Shown: one piece after another, positions 30,878 through 45,025 of the stretch
Layout: every line of letters starts with the position of its first letter
Position numbering within the stretch: the first letter of the stretch is position 1
From: Eledone cirrhosa
Taxonomy: Eukaryota
Length of the DNA stretch: 64,000 nt
Direction of reading: 5' to 3'
Assembly: GCA_964016885.1 (NCBI GenBank)
Contig: OZ024751.1
Span: 24,862,001-24,926,000, forward strand
The notes under the pieces: generated by a model
Seen by the model: only the letters and a program-made list of their open reading frames with translations
What the model was told of the DNA's origin: nothing
Database searches by the model: none
Translations under genes and position numbers: made by a program

Positions 30878-31506
30878 GTATAGTGGAGAACACTAGAAAC
30901 ATTATTTAAGTTTTTATAAGAGAGGGATAAAAAGATAAATTATAAGATGAGTTATGATTTTCCTCACTGTTAAATCCACATTGACATCAACATAATAAAA
31001 TAGACATAAATATAGTGATAATGTTGAATATATTGAACATTATGACTATTAAAATAGTAATAATGTTGATTAGGTGCCTAATATACATACATCTGTATAA
31101 ATGTTGGTTTTTAAATTATATAAATTTGTACTTTTTAGAGTCAAATTAGGATTTTTTTTATTTAATATAAGATTCTTTTTAGAGACAAACTACAGTGCCA
31201 ACTAAAATCTGACCATTTTTCTGAGATTTGTGAGAGGACGTTGTTGAAGTTAACTTCTGAAGAAGGTATTGGACCCTTTGCAAAATACCAAAAACCCATA
31301 TTTGTTTAATGTTTTAATTTATCCATTTAATGAGATATATTAATTAAACTAAAGAGAAGAAACCAGCTATTAATGTAATTAAACCTTTCATGATTATATT
31401 TCTAATGAATAAACAATTGCCTATATTTCAGTAGAACAAACATTTAGGAGGGATTTTAGTAAGATAAGCCATTGTATATATATATATATACACATAAATA
31501 AATATT

Positions 31507-31541
<35 letters not shown>

Positions 31542-31784
31542 ATTAAAGTATGGTTAAGGATGGTTTTAGATCCCAGCTGTTAATTTTGTGGACTGTTAGC
31601 TTTAAACTGGTCACCATGACAGTATTTCTATTACAAGTCAAGTATCTTATTATCTTGGTTGGTGTATAGAGAGAATCCACCAATCACTGAAGTTTCCATT
31701 ACACACCTCTATGTTTCTCACTCACTTCTTCACCACATCTTAACCGACTTCACAGAAATGTAAAGAGGCATCCCACTACATAGA

Positions 31785-32218
31785 ACAGCTGTGTTGGGGG
31801 TGTCCCACTTTACATAGAACTGTGTGGAGGAGGTATCTTACTTCACACAGCTGTGTTGGGGGTGTCCCACTTTACATAGAACTGTGTGGAGGAGGTATCT
31901 CACTTCACACAGCTGTGTTGGGGGTGTCCCACTTTACATAGAACTGTGTGGAGGAGGTATCTTACTTCACACAGCTGTGTTGGGGGTGTCCCACTTTACA
32001 TAGAACTGTGTGGAGGAGGTATCTCACTTCACACAGCTGTGTTGGCGGTGTCCCACTTTACATAGAACTGTGTGGAGGAGGTATCTTACTTCACACAGCT
32101 GTGTTGGGGGTGTCCCACTTTACATAGAACTGTGTGGAGGAGGTATCTTACTTCACACAGCTGTGTTGGGGGTGTCCCACTTTACATAGAACTGTGTGGA
32201 GGAGGTATCTTACTTCAC
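31785..32218. repeat. Minisatellite, 7 x 62 bp, each unit a dimer of diverged 31-mers
   Basis: ACAGCTGTGTTGGGGGTGTCCCACTTTACAT + AGAACTGTGTGGAGGAGGTATCTTACTTCAC. Confidence 0.97.
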
Positions 32219-32633
32219 AACTGGGTGGGGGAGGTGTCCCGCTCTACACACAATTGTGTGTAAGAGGTGTCTACACAGCCACGTTATGTTTCCATTTCCC
32301 ATATTGTTAGAATCACAATGTGCTGACTGGAGTTGTGGTTAGTACTGCCCTCATTCTGTGTAACCCCCTTACCCACCTTACCTTCTTGGTATTCCTAAGA
32401 CAGGACTATAATCACATGGACTTTAAAAAAAAAAAAAGAAACAATAACAACAAGAAAAAGAAACCAAAAAAAAAAAAATAAAAACAATTGGGGGCAAGCC
32501 CAAATGGAAACCAACCAGATCTTGGCACCTGACAAAAATTTGGCCTTACAGTAATAGCTGGTGTGTCAGTCACGAGAAGAAGACTGTGTCCAACACCAAT
32601 GGCTGCCCTTGTCACTTTGTATGTTTTCACTGG

Positions 32634-32664
<31 letters not shown>

Positions 32665-32795
32665 TTGTGTGTATGTGTATATATAGATATATGTGTGTAT
32701 ATACATATATATGTGTGTATATATATATATATATGTGTGTATATATATATATATATATGTGTATATATATATATGTGTGTATATATATATATATT

Positions 32796-33030
32796 GGAAA
32801 ATATTCAAGACCCCGACGGCAGAGTTCAAGCCATTTCGACTGCCACTTCTTAACTAAATTTATTTATTTCCACGCTAAAAATCTAATTTAGTCCAGAAAT
32901 AGCCATCGAAACGGCTTGAACTCTGCCGTCGGGGTCTTGAATATTTTCCTATTACCCACTCTACTACCCTAAGTATTGAGTACTCTGGTGCGTTATGGTC
33001 CACCTGGTTCCTTACCACACTTCCTTTGTT
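32796..33030. repeat. Family B copy with fold-back arms
   Basis: Arms about 32796-32850 and 32895-32949; (TA)n on both sides. Confidence 0.85.
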
Positions 33031-33839
33031 ATATATATATATGTATGTATATACAGTATATATGTGTATGTATATATATATATATATATGTGTATATATA
33101 TATGTACATGCATATATATATATATACATATATAGGTGTACAAATATGAATGTATATATATTATATATAATGTATATATATATATTAATATATATGTATA
33201 TAATGTATATATATATATATATTTATATATATATTAAATATAATATATATATATATCTATATCTATATATAAATATTTATGTGTGTGTGTGTATGTATAT
33301 ATATGTATATACACAGTTGGGTTAGCATGCATTGTCTAAAGTTGTCATTATTTCTAACATACACTACAGATAAGGCCCTTCCCAGTTTTCAGCATGTTTG
33401 TGATGGTGTGGAACAAACAGAACTTAAAAACTAATGAAGTGTTTCTGAATTAATAAACGTTGTAACTTGATGATGTCTTTCTTTCCTTTCTTTTTTATTC
33501 TTTTATTACTTCCATTCATTAAACGGTGGCCATTCTAGAGCACTGCTATGATTTTAGTTGCTCATATCAACCCCAGTTCTTATTTTTTCATGTCTGGTAC
33601 TTAGTTCATTGATCGCCTTCTTTGTAAAACTACTAAGTTAACGGGACTTAAACACGTAGATACAGGACATATATATATATATGTGATGACTGCAAACTCT
33701 GCTAAGAGTTTTGCAATTGCTTGTCAGATTCAGATGTGTGATGCTTGGATATGGCTTTTCAAGCTTGCTAGAGATATACATACATATATACACATATATA
33801 CAGGACATACATACATACACATATACATACATATATATG

Positions 33840-34350
33840 ACAGGGAAAAGTAAGCATGCACAGTAGTGGAAATTAGCTGCCCAGCAGATGCCAATATAAT
33901 ATCAAAGATTAGTGAAAAGGAGAATATTTATGCAGAACTGATGAGAAATCTGCAGATACTCCACCCTGGTTACACCTTCAGATTTATGCCTGTGATTATT
34001 GGGGCACTGGGATATGTTAGTAACTGCCTCAATACAAATCTAGAGAAGCTAGGCTTCACAGGATCAGAAAGAACACAACTAGTTAGGAAATTACAAGTAC
34101 AATCCATTAATGGAACAGTAAAAATATGTAAAACATTCCAAAAATTTTGCATCTAATAACTGCATATACACATGTACAGATACAAAGCATAAGCACATGC
34201 ACACATACAACTCAAAACATACACATTCATACCTACACGTGCATGCATGCAGACATGCATACATACCTACCTAGTCGATGTGTAAATTCCAATGAGAAAG
34301 TCTTGTAACTGTGTTAGAAACCGACTCTCTCTCTATTGGTAAACATTTGT
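33840..34350 (+). mobile_element. 3' fragment of an RLE-type non-LTR retrotransposon (R4/NeSL-like)
   Basis: VEISCPADANI.SKI.EKE.IY.EL...L..L....F.FMPVIIGALG matches the restriction-like endonuclease C-terminus. Confidence 0.75.
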
Positions 34351-34659
34351 GAAATTATACAGGGCATACATACATACATCATGATGATGGCTGCAACTCG
34401 ATTCCAAGTAATGCTATCGCTTGATACTTAAGCATGAATATCATGGACGTGCATTCTTAAAAAATTCCATGCTTCCTAAAATTTGCCAACACTACACCTG
34501 ATATTTTCCCTTCATACACACACATGCATGTGTATGTGTATGTGTGTGTATGTATCATGACTCATACTCTGTTGACTTTGCCAACATTTGTACATTATTC
34601 TATGTACTAAACATGCACTTTTGATGAGTTGTAGTGCACCTGAGCACTGTACACAATAA

Positions 34660-35095
34660 CCTAATTAACTTTTTCAAGTTTCACTTGAAGAGAAAAATCA
34701 GGGTGGAGAGGCAAGTGCTGCCTTCTAGCAAGTTTGTTGAAAGGTGGGTGAATGTAGCAAGAATGGTCCGAGTGAACGGGACCGCTCTGAATATATGCCT
34801 GTAGTTTGAGAAATGGAAAAATTGAGAGAGGGCACTTGCCCTGGTGGTCAGGGTGGCTATGGTCTTTGCCCTGAGTAACCCTGAGTAACCCTGGGGAATT
34901 TTTAAATTGTTTCAATTTTCATTTTTATTGTTTATATATATATATATATGTTTCTATGTCATTTCCTTTTCTTTTCTTATATAAATAATAAAAATCTTTA
35001 CACGCACAAAACCCACATCGTACCGTCCTGTACTGTCCTGTACCGTCTGTAATGTTTTTCTTGATGTCAGCCCTTGTGGTCAATAAAGAAATCAT
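34660..35095 (+). mobile_element. Tx1/L1-like LINE 3' fragment
   Basis: Homologous to 44000-44600; ends CCCTTGTGGTCAATAAAGAAAT. Confidence 0.65.
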
Positions 35096-35110
35096 TATTA
35101 TTATTATTAT

Positions 35111-35330
35111 TGTGGATTGGCAAAATTGGTAAAGTATCAGGCACCTTGCTTTGCAGCATAGAGTTACGGCCCTTTATGTTCTGAGTTCAAATCCTGCCCA
35201 GATTAGCTTTGCCTTTCATCCTACAGGGTTGATAAAATAAAATACCAGTAACACACTGGGTCGACTTAATTGACTTTCCCCTACCCCAAAATTGCTGGCC
35301 TTGTGCCTATAATAGAAATCATTATTATTT
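35111..35330 (+). mobile_element. SINE family A
   Basis: Near full-length copy with (ATT)n tail. Confidence 0.85.
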
Positions 35331-35624
35331 TATAGAAACTAGGTAACACTTGTACGATGGCTGCAGCTTCATAACCTCTGTCCTCCCCTTAATTGTGGTT
35401 GGTGCAGGCTGGTTGCTGGTTTAGTAGGAAATAGAGGTGGTTTAAGAAGGACATGTTTTGGCTTGTCCTTTAGTGGTATAGAAGGTGTCTGAGGTTGAGT
35501 GTGGGAGTTTGGTTTATATCTGGCTTGGGTTCAGGAGTGGTTTTCTGAGTACTTGGCACACAGGGAAGCTGAGAAGGTCAGAGATGTGCGGTGTTCTGCA
35601 TTGCAAGGCAGTGTGTCTGTGTAA

Positions 35625-36610
35625 ATCAGGATGTTGTTGGAGATAAGTGTGTCTGAAATGATGCCGGTGTACTTAGTGTCACTGATGATCAGAAAAAGGA
35701 GGCCTGGAAATGTCATTATGAGAGACTGAAGAATGGGGATGCTCTGGAGAGGAGCAATTATAGAGGCATAAAACTGATGGATCAGGTTATGAAAATGGCA
35801 GAAAGAATACTAGCGCAACTACGCAACTAATTAGAGAAAGGGTCAAATTAGATGAGATGCAGTTTGGTTTTGTGCCTGTGAAAAGTACAACAGATGCCCT
35901 CTTTTTAGTGAGACAACTACAAGAGAGGTTCTTAGAGAAGAATAAGCCACTATACTTAGCTTTTGTTGACATAGAGAAGGCCTTTGATAGAGTACTCCGA
36001 TCTGTCCTCTGGTGGTCTCTTGGGAAACTATGTGTAGAGGAATGGCTTGTGAGGACAGTGCAAGCTATGTAGAGGGGTGCTGTCAGTAAAGTGAGAGTAG
36101 GAATGGAGTTTAGTGAGGAATTCCAGATACATCAGGGTTCAGTCCTCAGCCTGCTCTTGTTCATTATAGTTCTCCAACCCATAACAGAGGAGTTTAAGAC
36201 TAGCTGCCCATGGGATATTCTTTATACTGATGATCTGGTACTTATAGCAGAATCAGTAGAGGAGCTAGAGAATAAATTATGGCTATGCAAACAGCAGTTG
36301 GAATCAAGAGTACTGAGAGTGAACATAGCTAAGACTAAAGTGTTTATAAGTAGAATAGAGGAGAATACTCTGATTCCATCAGGGAAATGTCGATTTCGAT
36401 ATGCAGAAAAGGAGGCATAAATTTATAAAATGTACACAATGCAGATCTTGGGTACACAAGAGATGTAGTGGGATAGCAGGCAAACTAATAGGTAGGGAAA
36501 ACTACGTATGCAGCAGATGTACAGGAAATGGAGCGATGCTGTGCTGAATATGACCCGTCCCACCCTTGCAAGCAGGGAAAAGCAGACGGAAAATGATGAT
36601 GATGATGATG
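35625..36610 (+). mobile_element. RTE LINE reverse transcriptase remnant with internal deletions
   Basis: NYRGIKLM, MQFGFVP.KSTTDALF, LAFVDIEKAFDRV, HQGSVLS, LYTDDLVL, (ATG)n tail. Confidence 0.92.
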
Positions 36611-36893
36611 GATAAGGGCAATCAGACTGTCTTAGTTACACACACACACGATTCAACAAAAAAAAAGACATTCTAAGGGAGCTAACTAGGAAGGGGAACA
36701 ACTACTAGAAATTATACAAGTTATCGACCATTGTTATCTAACTACATCTGTATCACAGACTCACATCCACTGATTTCTACTGTTATCGGTTTCAGGTTCG
36801 GCAAGGTGACTCACCCGATCAATGAAACAATTGTTAATACTGTAAATAAAACCCTTTTTGTACAGCCGACCATTTTATTCTTCACTATTTCAC

Positions 36894-36954
<61 letters not shown>

Positions 36955-36959
<5 letters not shown>

Positions 36960-37330
36960 CGTTTCTGAATTTGTTTAGCAAGATTCTTTCTCTGAAATCG
37001 TGTGTTGAAACCGATATTGTTATACTTTGGGAGGGTCATGTTGCCAATAAGAAACACACGCACCAGTTGCTTTCACTTCAATTTATTATAATAAATTTAT
37101 AAATTTAGGAATTTATAAATTTCTGGTTGGTTGGTTGGTTCCACAACCAGATAGTTGTTTATATATTGTCAAAGTTCTTTCGTCACACATTCTGTGACCT
37201 CTTCAGTGACTGGGGATTCTTTTCTTTGTTTTTGTGCCTCTCCTTTGTTCTGTCCTACACCATTTTGTTTTGTTTCAGAAACAAAATGGCGTAGGACAGA
37301 ACAAAGGAGAGGCACAAAAACAGCGTTCCT
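36955..37330 (-). mobile_element. pLTR-like family D with minimal hammerhead (37168-37210) and fold-back hairpin (37226-37322)
   Basis: Minus strand GTCA-CTGAAGA-G-GTCAC-AGAATGT-GTGAC-GAAAGAACTT-TGAC; copies at 50560, 59902 and 60937. Confidence 0.75.
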
Positions 37331-37611
37331 TTTCAGTGTTGAGCAAATGGTTGCTGTACACTGTACGGCTTAATTCGGGATGTTTGTTTACAAACACACC
37401 GAGCATTATAATAAATGTTCGGTGAATCCATACGTACATATATATATATGTGTGCATGTATGTGTATATATATATACATACTACTGTACGTCTGTATACA
37501 TATATGTATGTACGTGTACATACTTATATTTAAGTAACAGCCGTACTAAGAGTGAGAAATGAAATTTCGTTTCATTTTTTCCGTTTATCGTATATATATA
37601 TATATATTCGT

Positions 37612-37719
<108 letters not shown>

Positions 37720-38204
37720 CATATATATATATATGTATTTATTAAAATAACAGATTAAAGTTTAAGCAAAGAATCGCTGCTTTCACCCTTAACGGGATCT
37801 TCTGAAACTAACAAAGTCAATCTGTAAACGCAGAAGTGGATATTTCAAAAAACGTTGCAACGGGAGGAAGACAGGAAGACGATTATATATATGTATCATC
37901 ATCATCATCATCATAACCGTTTTACGTCCATTCTTCCACGTTAGCATGGGTTAGACGGGTTGTCCTGTTGTGGGTAGAGGCCTGGTCGGCCGACCTTGTC
38001 TTGCTCATACGGGAACTGATTTTAGCTCGATTTCTACAGCTGGATGCCTTTCCTAACACCAAGCTCGTTTATAGTCAGTGCTGGGGGCTTTTTTCCGTGG
38101 CGCCTACACGTCCACTTTACAGTGTGGGCTAGGTGCTTTTTTGCCGTGGCACATCCACGACTACTTTGCAGTGGGAGGGTGTAGGGGGAATATTGTCTAT
38201 ATGC

Positions 38205-38545
38205 TTCAGCTTCGGCTTGTTCCTGTGGGAAGTCGGGTCTTCTGTATTACTGCGTGACACCAGATGTCACGGTCGTGTGTCATTGCCCTTGAGAGGTGCA
38301 ATTGGGTAAGGTCGGCTTTTATCACCTCACCCCAGGTCTTCTTGGGTCTCCCCACTCCACGGCTTCCATCGGCTTCTACTGCTCTGTACCATTTTATGCA
38401 GCTGTCATCCTTCAAACGCATCACATGTCCATACCAACGTAACCCCCTCTCCTGCACACAGCATTTGATTCCTCTTATGCTCAGTCTCTCATAAACGAAT
38501 TGAGAGAGAGACTGAGTATAAGTGGAATCAAATGCTGTGCGCCTT
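38205..38545 (-). mobile_element. RTE 3' fragment with inverted duplication at its 5' end
   Basis: LRWYGHVMR...GRPKKTW; 38454-38490 mirrored at 38506-38542. Confidence 0.85.
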
Positions 38546-38559
38546 GTGGGACACCACAT

Positions 38560-39740
<1,181 letters not shown>

Positions 39741-39754
39741 ATATATAGTAATAA

Positions 39755-40239
39755 TAATAAATTTGAAGACTAAAATCCAAAGAGGGCTCGATAAGGGTAA
39801 ATATATATCAAATATATAAGAACCGTAGAGCAAATATTTATTAAAATAACAGATTAAAGTTTTAGCAAAGAATCGCTGCTTTCACCCTTAACGGGATCTT
39901 CTGAAACTAAAAAATCAATCTGTGAACGCAGAAGTAAATATTTCGAAAAACGTTGCAACCCAAGGAAGACAGGAAGACGATACTTTGGTTCGTGGAGACG
40001 TCCCTGGCAATGAACGGAAAATAACGAAGATAATACGTCATTATTTGAGAACAATTACACGCAAAGACAAAACCACGTTTATGGTATAAATGAAGTCGTA
40101 CACTAATATTCTATTAGGTGGTTCGGGGAGACGTCCCCTGGCAATGAACGGATAAAACGAAGATAATACGTCATTATGTGGAACGGGAGGACAATACAAT
40201 TATGCGCAAAGACATAACCACGTTTATGGTATAACTGAA

Positions 40240-40240
<1 letters not shown>
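39755..40240 (-). mobile_element. Family C pLTR copy with partial tandem duplication and variant hammerhead (39858-39908)
   Basis: High similarity to 25620-26000; 39985-40090 repeated at 40120-40235. Confidence 0.85.
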
Positions 40241-40313
<73 letters not shown>

Positions 40314-40420
40314 ATATATATATATGTGTATATATATATGTGTATATATATATATGTATATATATAGATATGTTTATATATATATGTATATATGTATATT
40401 TATATGTATATACATATATA

Positions 40421-40566
<146 letters not shown>

Positions 40567-40921
40567 AGGTTGAGTGACGCAACTTCGTGTGATCAGCGGC
40601 CTTTAGACTCACCTGATCAATGAAACAATTTTTAGTATTCTAAATAAAACCCTTTTTGTACAGCCGACCATGTTATTATTCACTCTTTCACTACCTTTAC
40701 TACAAGAATTACCTGCATGGGAATTCTCGCAAACTCGCTACCCAAGTAAGGAACTCTCTTGTTGAGTCAAACAACGCCGTATGTTAAAACTATACATAGT
40801 ACAGAGTACTCACAACGTCTAACTGGATTACCTAAAATGATATAGAATAGTATTTATGAAATTAACTGTTGTGTTGTCTAGCAACAACCCAAGTCAAATT
40901 AACTAGTGTTGCCTCTGCTGC

Positions 40922-40975
40922 CTCAATGAACTCAATGAACTCAATGAACTCAATGAACTCAATGAACTCAATGAA
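40922..40975. repeat. (CTCAATGAA)6 tandem repeat
   Basis: Directly visible. Confidence 0.95.
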
Positions 40976-41101
40976 ACAAGAAACTAATTCTTCAATCAGA
41001 GTATTTCCTTTTAGAATTTAGCAGAAAACAATTGGGAATGAACAAAGCCAAAAAGATAAATGTGTGTGTATACATAGCTCTTCAGATAGCTTTTCCAAAC
41101 C

Positions 41102-41135
<34 letters not shown>

Positions 41136-41146
41136 GGTTTGGAAAA

Positions 41147-41226
41147 GCTATCTTAAGAGCTATATCTTTCCATTGGAAATTCTCTGAATTTCCAATCTTT
41201 TGATAAGCGAAACCGTCGGTCATGGC
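41147..41226 (+). ncRNA. Type I hammerhead ribozyme motif (G5 mutated in this arm)
   Basis: GCTAT-CTTAAGA-GCT...AGC-GAAA-CCG-T-CGG-TC-ATGGC; the mirror arm at 41075-41090 retains CTGAAGA. Confidence 0.75.
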
Positions 41227-41299
41227 ACTAGAAGAGGTAAATATTTAAATCCTATTTTAATTTATTTAAAAGATTGTTTAATGTTTACTTGTTCCGCTC

Positions 41300-41351
<52 letters not shown>

Positions 41352-41978
41352 TGCCAAACTCATATATGTATCTGTGACTAATTATATATATATACCCCTT
41401 TGAATTTAATATATACTCTCGTAAGGTTGAGTACAAATTTAGGCAGTATTCGGCTGCGCTTTCTAGCAACCAGCCTACTCGCCGACAGACACCAATCACA
41501 AACATCCTCCTGCCTTGACCGCTAGCCACGTGATAGTTCTTAGCCATTTTGAATTCATTTCTGGTGGGGATCAAGGTAGAAAAAACTTAGTCCAGTCTGA
41601 GGTATCTCCCAAAGAGTTCCAGGCCTCGTGGATGTATCCAAGATCGGACATATCCAAAAAGTGGAACGAAATCGCCGCTGGTCTGGACTAGGAAAAATTT
41701 TGGTAAAATTTAAGTGCATTTTTTCTTCAAACTTCTATTTTGTACCTAATTCCGTGTAGTTAGCTATTTGTCTATTCAGTTTCTACAGGATAGAAGAAAT
41801 AATTAGATAAGTGTCATATGGCTGTACATCGTGGAAAATAATCTGTATCATTTGTCTATTATTTCTTCATAAGTACATTTTAAACGTATAGCCTCGTTTA
41901 AATGATTTTTATGTGGTTAATTTATACTGATTGGGAGAGGAAATACTGTATATATTTTATCTAATGGTTCTTCGGACT

Positions 41979-42042
<64 letters not shown>

Positions 42043-42400
42043 GTAGGAGGTGAGTTTTATTGTAGTACAATAAAGCAATGCAGATATCGGATAAGAAGCA
42101 CTCTACAGTTTGTGGGACTGGAGTATGCATAATATAAGATTATATCTCTCCCTCTCATCTCCTTCCCTTCTCATCCTTCCCCCCCCTCTCTAAATAAAAT
42201 ATTTTTCCCAATATCACACATCAATCTAAAACCACTTTTCATATGTTGATTTAAAACTGCACTATCAACAAGTGTTTTTTAGCCTTCATATCATGTTCTC
42301 CTGTTTTATCTGATGAAAACACAAATATTATTGCTTGATGATGTTTGTTTTTGAAATGCGCATAATAAAATATATGGAACTCCTTTAACCATCTTTTGAT

Positions 42401-42462
<62 letters not shown>

Positions 42463-42464
42463 GT

Positions 42465-42725
42465 CAGGTCACCAGTTGGTGCTACTGGTAACATGTATCC
42501 CAGTACAACCTGTCTCATGATCGGGTCGTTGGCGACTAAACTGGCAACCCCACCAAGGTTTCTTGGACATCCTGCAGGACTAAAAACAAAACCTGTCAAA
42601 GGGCAAAGGGGCTCTTAAAAGTCAATGGTCATCCAAAATCACTGGGAGAGATGACCCCTTAGCCTTTGTCAAAGCAGAATTCTAGGAGAAGGAAAACTCT
42701 GATATAACACCTGCAACCCTGATGG
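42465..42725 (+). mobile_element. Probable RTE 5'UTR fragment
   Basis: CTAGGAGAAGGAAAACTCTGA motif recalled from RTE 5' regions; not otherwise confirmed. Confidence 0.4.
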
Positions 42726-44014
42726 TATCCAATGATGTTGACTTGTTCTTCTTTTTGGTAAATATCATCTTGGTTAAGAGAGTGGGACTGGGTTTGTGCA
42801 GTGCCTTTGCCCACTATAAAAGCTTCACGGCACAGGCATTGCTTTATATCTGGAGATCTCTCTGCACTTGTCGTCACATGGTACCATGGACCCAGCACTA
42901 TGTGTCAATAATTGTCACAAGTGTAGTGTTTGTACCAGAGTTTTCAAGTCGCTGGCTGGACTAAAAAGTCACACTCGTTCAGCGCATCGGTAGGGGTTCT
43001 CCTACATGGATATAAAGTAGTGGCCGTACTCGAAAACGCGTTGGCAGCCACTATATATATATATATATAAGGAACATCCAGTTCATTTGTCAGACAAAAT
43101 AATTATGTTTTGGATATAAATTTTGAACGAACTGGATGTTCCTCGCAAGAATCATCTAATTTCTTGAAACCTTCTGTATTGAAATAATCATATTGTGTTG
43201 TTTATGATGTAATTAAATAGCTCTGTACAATACATAGAGCACTCTTTTTCCTTTACCTTTTCTACGGAAATACTTAACACACACACATATACACACAGAA
43301 ACAAACATAAAAGTAAACAGAATGGCGACACATTGTGGTGATAGCAATGACCAGAGGGAAACAATTTGCGACAGCCATTGGACTCAGAAGTGAGATGCTT
43401 TATTTGTTAGCAAGTGTTAAGTATTTAAATGAAATAAGTACGACATTAATGACAGCAACAACAACTATAACAATAACAACAACGACTACTAATACTACTG
43501 TAACAACGATGGCAACAACAAGAGAAACATCAATTATTTCCATAATTAATCATTATGCCAAAAAGTCTTTTTCATACATGTTATATTCACAAACGACTAT
43601 TTCGGTTATCTCCCTTTAGTCACTAGAGTTTTTGTGTGTTTGATGTTTTTCGAAACCATTAAAAAAAAAAACGTCCAATATTGTTCTGTTTTCAGTGTTG
43701 TTGGAAAATAAAGCTATGCCCATACCGAATAATCTTTTATTGGAATTGTAAATGTGATTGGTCACTGTAGAAACTGAAAAGTTGCAAGCCTGTTTAGTAG
43801 AAAAAAATATGGTGGTTCTTGGAATGAAAAGTTGCATGTAATGGTCTGGTGCTGAGTGAAACTAAAGAGGGGAAAACAAATTGTATTTACTAAAAAATAA
43901 GAGGACATTGAAGAACATTGAGGATTTTAAGGAGTAGATGCCACGATATCAGCAATGAAGGTATATGAGAGAGAGAGAGAGAATTTATCTATCTATCTAT
44001 CTATCTATCTACCT

Positions 44015-44602
44015 GACCTGTGGGGCTATGTGGAACGACTATTGTCGCGGGTGGGACCAATCCAGTTGACCACCGAGTCCATTGTCATGATCAAACCGCC
44101 ACCCTCCTTCAAAAACGAAGGAGAGGCGGTTTTCCTTTGTGTGATAGCTATGGCGAAAGAGGTTGTATGGTGGACAAGGTTGAAAGGGCTGAGGTCAGAC
44201 ACCTTTCTCTCCGGCCAACAACTGATTCTTTTTTTCAAATACCACTTTGGAAGAAGAATCAGGATGGAGAGAGAGGTGCTGTACCCCAGCAAGTTTTATG
44301 AAAGGTGGGTGAAAGTGGCGAGAATGGCCCGAGTGAATGGGCCTTCTCTCTATATCAGCCTGTAGGTTGAGGAAAAGGAGGAGGAGAGGAAAGGAGTACA
44401 AGCTCTTCGTACTCCTGGAGATGAGGGTTGCACATTTCTTTCGGGGGTCTGTGTTACCCATATAAACTGTCTCCCTCTATTGGGGAAAATCGACTAACTT
44501 TTAAATTCCATCTGTGATAACATTTTACACGTTTTTATTGTATGTAAACTTCCCCCTTTGTATTTGTCCCCTTCTTTTGTGCCCCTGTGGCTAATAAAGA
44601 AA
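44015..44602 (+). mobile_element. Tx1/L1-like LINE 3' fragment within (TATC)n
   Basis: LWGYVERLL...FLCVIAMAKEVVWWTR...FYERW; AATAAAGAAAT end; second tail at 44714-44950. Confidence 0.7.
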
Positions 44603-44617
44603 TATATCTATCTACCC

Positions 44618-44693
<76 letters not shown>

Positions 44694-44977
44694 GTCTATC
44701 TATCTATCTATCTGTAGGTTGAAGAAAACAAAAGAGAGAAGATAGGAGCACTTACAAAATATGCTCCTGGGCTGTTCTATCTACGAGGTGTAAAACATCC
44801 CAATTGTAACATTCCCCTATTGGGGATTTCAATTGTTATTTATTTATCTTATAACTGTTAAAACCTTTTTTACATGCTTAAACGTAAAATCCCCGCCATA
44901 CGTCCTGTAATGTCCCATTTCCTGCACGCCCTTGTGGCAAATAAAGAAATCTATCTGTCTATCTGTATACACCCATA

Positions 44978-45025
<48 letters not shown>

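Noticed and set aside
31785-32218. CRISPR-like or coding repeat array
   Set aside because: Eukaryotic context, no unique spacers, and the 62-bp unit is not a multiple of 3
43069-43143. Inverted repeat AGGAACATCCAGTTC / GAACTGGATGTTCCT as a MITE or ribozyme stem
   Set aside because: No target-site duplication or intact core; it borders a repeat shared with 39385-39550 and cannot be classified
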